This document shows positions 56,934-60,979 of a stretch of 60,979 nucleotides of DNA, one piece after another. The DNA comes from an uncultured Anaerolineaceae bacterium (GTDB lineage Bacteria; Chloroflexota; Anaerolineae; Anaerolineales; DRMV01): assembly GCA_964435005.1 (NCBI GenBank), contig CAYSXA010000002.1, positions 1 through 60,979 of the forward strand, written 5' to 3'. The position numbers and the translations under genes are program-made. Below the pieces are notes generated by a model. It searched no databases. It had not been told where the DNA came from and worked only from the letters and a program-made list of their open reading frames with translations. Numbering within the stretch: position 1 is the first letter of the stretch; each line of letters starts with the position of its first letter.

Positions 56934-58495
56934 GTCTCCAGCTTGAACGTCCAGGGGACGTCCGGGTCGTAATGGATAATCCGCCGGTCGGGGAAGGCAT
57001 CCGCCAGCGCGGCGTCGGCGGACGAGCCGCGACTGACAGCAAAGATGAACGGCGTAGTCAGGTAGGGGTCTTCCAGGTCGAGCAGCGCGCCGTACTTCGT
57101 CCAGTGATTCGCGTGCACGATGACCAGCGCCGGCGTGAGCGCCCGCGCTTCGGCGGTGCGGAAGGGCATCAGCCGTTCCGCCGAGATGCCGTACAGACCG
57201 GCCATGCTCTCCAGGCGAGCAGGGAGATAGCCCACCAGGTTTACCGCAAACAGCAGTGCAAGAAATGCGAAGGTCGCCAGAGGGCGCACCTTGCGCCAGC
57301 CACGGCGCGGAGCAGGGACGTCGGTGAGGCGCAGCGGCCACCCCGCCAGCCGCACGAACCCCAGCGCCGTCAGCAGACTGACGCCAAACAGTCCCTCGTA
57401 ATAGTATCGCGGCCCAAACAGCCATGCTCCCACCCAATAGGCCAGGTACACCACCACCAACGAAAGAGGCACCGACGCGGCCAGCAACACCCTTCGCCAG
57501 CGACGGTGGTCGAGCAACCCCGCTGCCAGCGGGATCAGGGTCAACGGCCCCCAGCCGAGCACGTCCCACAAGCCGACCTGCAGGCTGAAGCGCGTGTTCA
57601 CCCAGGCCTGGTGCAGCGTGTGACCTTCGGGACGCACGCCCACGCCCGGCCCAAAGCCCACCGTGTCATACGGCCACCACAGGGTGTACGGATTCCGGAA
57701 AGGGTCTCCGGTCAACGCCCCCTGCCAGACCAGATGGAAGAAAGCCAGCATCAGCGCCAGCGCACCGACCAGCGCTACCCGCCCGCGCACCGCCGGGCGG
57801 CGCAGCAGCAGCCACAACCCATGCAGCGCGAAGGGCAACGCCACGCCCACGGCAGTCAACGGGCGGGTGAGCGCCAACAACCCCAACGCCATCCCGGAGA
57901 CCACCGCCGGCAACCAGGCGTGCACGCCACACCGCTGCCCGTCGGAGGCGTCCAGCCAGCCGATCACGAAGATCAGCGTAAGCGCCAGCCCCCACGGATG
58001 CGAGAGCAGTGAACCGCTGTTCATCAGGAAGAAGGGCGAGGTCAGGGTGACCAGCGCGGCGAGCAGCCCGACAGTCTCACCAAACAGTTTTTCCCCCAGG
58101 CGGAAAATCAACCACACGGCCAGCCCGCCGAGCAGCGGGTTGACCAGCCAGCGCCACCCCAGGCGCACGCCCAGCGAGAGCAACGCCGGCCAGCCAAGCG
58201 GATACTTGCCAAACCGCTGACCCTGGTAGTCCACCACGAACGGCACCATGAAACTTTTGGGGTGCGGCGGCGAAGGGATGGTCAGGTCGCCGTGCGCCAG
58301 CGTCCGCGCCTGCCAGACGAAAGCGACCTCGTCTTCAATGTGCGGGATGCGCTCGAACACCCGCGCGGTGACCCAGGCGCCCATCAGGGCGGCGAGGGCG
58401 GCGAGGAAGAGGGCAAGCCAGAGCGTTGGTTGGCTGGTTGCCTGGTTATCTGGTTGCACTGGTTGGGTTGGTTGTGCTGGTTGCGGTGGTTGCAC
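56927..58495 (-). CDS. GT-C fold membrane glycosyltransferase (GT39/ArnT-like), third copy, with N-terminal QPx repeat
   Basis: 522 aa from a GTG start. Polytopic. The loop-1 motif IPHIEDEVAFVWQA (DE) is typical of ArnT/PMT families. N-terminus QPPQPAQPTQPVQP. Confidence 0.7.
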   Translation of the reverse strand: MQPPQPAQPTQPVQPDNQATSQPTLWLALFLAALAALMGAWVTARVFERIPHIEDEVAFVWQARTLAHGDLTIPSPPHPKSFMVPFVVDYQGQRFGKYPLGWPALLSLGVRLGWRWLVNPLLGGLAVWLIFRLGEKLFGETVGLLAALVTLTSPFFLMNSGSLLSHPWGLALTLIFVIGWLDASDGQRCGVHAWLPAVVSGMALGLLALTRPLTAVGVALPFALHGLWLLLRRPAVRGRVALVGALALMLAFFHLVWQGALTGDPFRNPYTLWWPYDTVGFGPGVGVRPEGHTLHQAWVNTRFSLQVGLWDVLGWGPLTLIPLAAGLLDHRRWRRVLLAASVPLSLVVVYLAYWVGAWLFGPRYYYEGLFGVSLLTALGFVRLAGWPLRLTDVPAPRRGWRKVRPLATFAFLALLFAVNLVGYLPARLESMAGLYGISAERLMPFRTAEARALTPALVIVHANHWTKYGALLDLEDPYLTTPFIFAVSRGSSADAALADAFPDRRIIHYDPDVPWTFKLETK

Positions 58496-58526
58496 TGGTT
58501 TCCTGGTTACATTGGTTAGCCTGGTT
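58427..58526 (-). repeat. 12 tandem units of an 8-9-nt repeat with invariant AACCA core
   Basis: TGGTT on the plus strand at 58427, 58435, 58443, 58451, 58460, 58469, 58478, 58487, 58496, 58504, 58513 and 58522. The array spans the stop of the upstream nucleotidase gene, the 29-nt spacer and the first 23 codons of the GT39-like gene. Confidence 0.9.
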
Positions 58527-59514
58527 ATGCGCCGATGGCGCGCAGGGCGGCGAGCACGGCGTCGTGCAGGTGGCCGTTGGTGGCGAGCACACCGCGATTG
58601 CGCGCCAGCGTGCGCCCGGCGGTGAAATCCAGTGGCTTCCCGTCCAGATCAGTGACGCGTCCGCCGGCCTCCTCCACCACCAGCGAACCGGCGGCCTGAT
58701 CCCAGATTTTCTCACGATAGTCCGGCTTCTTCGGCGAGAGCAGGCGCACCAGCACCTCGCCGGCGCCAGCGGCCAGCAGCGCGTACTTCGCCTGGCTGTC
58801 CATGGGCACCGGGTCGGCCTGCGTGCCCAGCGACTCGGCCAGCGCGCCGACCTGCCCGACGTTCGTGTGCCCGGCTTCCCAGGAACGCAACAGGCGCGCC
58901 TGCGCCGGGTCGCGGCGGTCGGAAACGCGCAGGCGGGTGAACGCGGGCGCTTCGGCGGCCAGCGGCGCGTACCAGGTGCCGCCGCCGCGCACGGCGACCA
59001 CCAGCGAGCCCGCCCCGCCGACCTCAGTGCGACGGGCTTCCACCAGATTGGGGCAACCCAGCACCCCGATCTGCACCTGGCTGTCCTCGATCAGCGCCAG
59101 CGCCACGGCGAACTGGTCGCCGCGCAGGAAGCCTTTGGTGCCGTCGATCGGGTCGAGCGTCCAGAAGCGCCCCTGTGGCGCGCCCGCGCCCCGGTCGATC
59201 CAAGCACAGACCTGTTCCGCGTCCGCTTGCGGGCGGAATCGCTGCACAAAACGCGTGACCTGTGCCAGCGTCTCCGCCTGAGCCGGGTCGCGCAGCGCGG
59301 CGGCGTCTTCCTCGCCAACCAGCGGGTCATTCGGGAACGCCTCGTCCAGCGCGGCGGCGATCAGCGCCTGCGAGGCGAAATCGGCCACCGTGACCGGCGA
59401 TCGGTCGTCTTTGGTGAGCGCCTGGCCGGCGAGCGCGCTCTGCACCGCGCGCACGGCCAGCGCCGCCTGACGGACGGCGGACAGGGCGAATTGGACTTCG
59501 GGAGCGTTCAGCAT
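58525..59514 (-). CDS. 3'(2'),5'-bisphosphate nucleotidase (HAL2/CysQ-type, IMPase superfamily)
   Basis: FWTLDPIDGTKGFLRGDQFAVALALIE and WDQAAG. Start trimmed to MLNAPEV (59514) so that the gene does not run into the hairpin at 59535-59571. Confidence 0.75.
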   Translation of the reverse strand: MLNAPEVQFALSAVRQAALAVRAVQSALAGQALTKDDRSPVTVADFASQALIAAALDEAFPNDPLVGEEDAAALRDPAQAETLAQVTRFVQRFRPQADAEQVCAWIDRGAGAPQGRFWTLDPIDGTKGFLRGDQFAVALALIEDSQVQIGVLGCPNLVEARRTEVGGAGSLVVAVRGGGTWYAPLAAEAPAFTRLRVSDRRDPAQARLLRSWEAGHTNVGQVGALAESLGTQADPVPMDSQAKYALLAAGAGEVLVRLLSPKKPDYREKIWDQAAGSLVVEEAGGRVTDLDGKPLDFTAGRTLARNRGVLATNGHLHDAVLAALRAIGA

Positions 59515-59534
59515 GGGGGCTTCTCCAAATCTCT

Positions 59535-59571
59535 CTCCCACCCCTTCCCCCAGTGGGGGAAGGGGTGGGAG
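59535..59571. repeat. perfect 17-bp C-run/G-run hairpin (CTCCCACCCCTTCCCCC-agt-GGGGGAAGGGGTGGGAG)
   Basis: Read directly, 6 nt downstream of the rimO stop (minus strand). Same architecture as 3534-3568 and 13875-13912 but with a diverged arm sequence. Confidence 0.85.
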
Positions 59572-59576
59572 GGAGG

Positions 59577-60905
59577 CTAATGTACCGGCACACCGGTCAG
59601 GTCGTAAGGCATGGCGCCGGTGATGCGCACCGGGACGATCTCACCAATGGGCAGGTCGCCCTCCACAATCACCAGCCCGTCGATTTCGGGCGCGTCGCGG
59701 TACGATCGCCCCAGCGAGAGGCCATCGCCCTGACCTTCAATCAGCACGTCCAGCGTGCGCCCGACGAACGACTGGTTGATCTCCAGGGAAATGCGCTGCT
59801 GACGTTCCATTAGGCGCTCCCAGCGCTCCTGCTTGACCTCCGGCGGGATGGGGTCTCCAAGCGGCTCACTGGCCGTGCCGGGTTCGAACGAAAACTGGAA
59901 GGCGCCCACGCGGTCAAAGCGGATGTCTTCGATGAAATCCAGCAGCGCCTGGAACTCTTCTTCGGTCTCGCCGGGATAACCCACGATGAAGGTGGTACGC
60001 AGCGCCAGGTTGGGGATGGCGGCGCGCATGGTCTCCAGCGTACGATATACCCAGTCCACATTCGCCGGTCGTCGCATACGGCGCAGCGTTTGCGGATGAG
60101 CGTGCTGCAACGGCATATCCAGGTAGGGCACGATCTGCTCGTGGGCAGCCATCACCTCAATCAGGCGCGGCGTGACGTAGCCGGGGTAGGCGTACAGCAC
60201 GCGAATCCAGTCCACGTCGGGCACGGCCTGCACCAGGTTCTCCAGCAGCACAGCCAGGCCGTCCTTCAACCCCAGGTCATGGCCGTAGTCCGTGGTGTCC
60301 TGGGCGATCAGGATAATCTCGCGCACGCCGTGGTCACGCAGCACGCGCGCCTCGTGCAGGATAGCCTCCATCGGGCGGCTGACCAGCGTACCCTTGATGT
60401 TCGGGATGGAGCAGAAGGCGCACGGGCGGCGGCAGCCGTCGGCGATCTTCAGGTAAGCACTGGCGCCCTGCACAGCAACGCGCAGCGTATCGCCCTCATC
60501 GCGCCCCACGGTGGGCGTCTCCGGCAGGTGATAGATCGGTTCGGGGTGTTTACGCGCCCGCAGTTTGTGGATCACGTCCAGGATGTCCATCCAGCGGCGC
60601 GTGCCCAGGACACCGTCCACGCCGGGTACCTGGCGGACGACCTCCGCGCCATACCGCTGGGTAAGACAGCCTGCGGCGATCAGGAACTGGTCTGCGCGCT
60701 TGGATTGGGCCAGTTCGCGCAGCACCTGGAGCGACTCCTCGCGCGCCGGGCCGATGAAGCCGCAGGTATTCACGATCAGCACCCCGGCTTCCTCCGGCGT
60801 GGCTGTCGGGAGGTAGCCTTCCTGTCCCAGCAACTGCGCCATCGACTCGGAGTCCACCGTGTTCTTGGCGCAACCCAGGGAGACCAGATGAAATGTCTTC
60901 TTCAT
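59577..60905 (-). CDS. rimO: ribosomal protein S12 methylthiotransferase
   Basis: 442 aa from MKKTFHLVSLGCAKNTVDSE. Radical-SAM motif CRRPCAFC and C-terminal TRAM domain. Confidence 0.9.
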   Translation of the reverse strand: MKKTFHLVSLGCAKNTVDSESMAQLLGQEGYLPTATPEEAGVLIVNTCGFIGPAREESLQVLRELAQSKRADQFLIAAGCLTQRYGAEVVRQVPGVDGVLGTRRWMDILDVIHKLRARKHPEPIYHLPETPTVGRDEGDTLRVAVQGASAYLKIADGCRRPCAFCSIPNIKGTLVSRPMEAILHEARVLRDHGVREIILIAQDTTDYGHDLGLKDGLAVLLENLVQAVPDVDWIRVLYAYPGYVTPRLIEVMAAHEQIVPYLDMPLQHAHPQTLRRMRRPANVDWVYRTLETMRAAIPNLALRTTFIVGYPGETEEEFQALLDFIEDIRFDRVGAFQFSFEPGTASEPLGDPIPPEVKQERWERLMERQQRISLEINQSFVGRTLDVLIEGQGDGLSLGRSYRDAPEIDGLVIVEGDLPIGEIVPVRITGAMPYDLTGVPVH

Positions 60906-60970
60906 GCAACCTGTATCCTGTAACCTGATTACCTGACACAAAATCATGTGAAGTAAGGGAATGGGCGTAA

Positions 60971-60979
60971 ATTATAGCT
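60971..60979 (-). promoter_or_regulatory. possible -10 box (AGCTATAAT on minus strand) upstream of rimO, at the window edge
   Basis: attatagct is the reverse complement of AGCTATAAT. Upstream context is cut off by the window end. Confidence 0.25.

Noticed and set aside
58427-58526. Could the short tandem repeats (here and at 51518-51598) be a CRISPR array?
   Set aside because: The units are 8-9 nt with no unique spacers, and they lie in or next to coding sequence. No cas genes are in the window.
56906-59580. Plus-strand ORFs (368 aa and 384 aa) opposite the GT39-like and nucleotidase genes
   Set aside because: Antisense artefacts. The 58426 ORF's LVALVGLVVLV start is just the TGGTT repeat read in the wrong strand and frame.

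Overview
This window is about 61 kb of a high-GC bacterial chromosome; single 60-nt lines in core genes count 39-42 G+C out of 60. I call 50 protein-coding genes and found no rRNA, tRNA, CRISPR array, transposase or integrase. The gene style suggests a Chloroflexota-like organism: several GT-C/GT39 membrane glycosyltransferases, lipoproteins with Pro/Thr-rich linkers, TGnTATAAT extended -10 boxes and leaderless candidates. That taxonomic guess is inference only.

Layout:
- 1-13.8 kb: housekeeping genes (acyltransferase, PLP decarboxylase, thiolase, epimerase, methylmalonyl-CoA-mutase catalytic subunit, ftsK, esterase, DEDDh exonuclease, argF, pyk, SDR).
- 13.95-37.8 kb: a 17-gene co-directional cell-surface glycan operon. 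It holds two GT-C+GT2 pairs, rfbA/rfbD, Wzm/Wzt, a 1292-aa methyltransferase/coiled-coil/GT2/GT2/GT4 fusion and an unknown exported two-module protein. It also holds two rhamnosyltransferase-like GT2s, a Wzz-like protein, an O-antigen-ligase-like protein and two tandem lipoprotein zinc proteases. It has a lower-GC core.
- 38-49 kb: housekeeping genes (M23/LysM peptidase, xseAB, uvrC, NYN protein, CcmC-like membrane protein, MFS, hutI, HD + receiver, IMPase).
- 49.0-56.9 kb: a HisKA_3 kinase / LuxR regulator pair divergent from a four-gene multiheme cytochrome module. The module is an 8-heme lipoprotein with a collagen-like Gly-X-Y stalk, a 9-heme protein, a diheme-b-type subunit with an added c-type domain, and a NapC/NirT-like 7(+2)-heme protein.
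- 56.9-61 kb: a third GT39-like gene, a bisphosphate nucleotidase and rimO.

My top candidate for an undescribed system is the cytochrome module, which looks like a quinol-to-extracytoplasmic electron conduit without any catalytic partner. Second is the fused terminator-ruler-polymerase glycan machinery.

Non-coding signals seen directly in the sequence:
- a family of perfect C-run/G-run hairpins at gene 3' ends;
- a 12-copy 9-nt AACCA repeat across a gene start;
- an 18-bp perfect inverted repeat;
- a 12-bp palindrome in the cytochrome control region.

All functional calls rest on motif recognition by eye; no database search was run.
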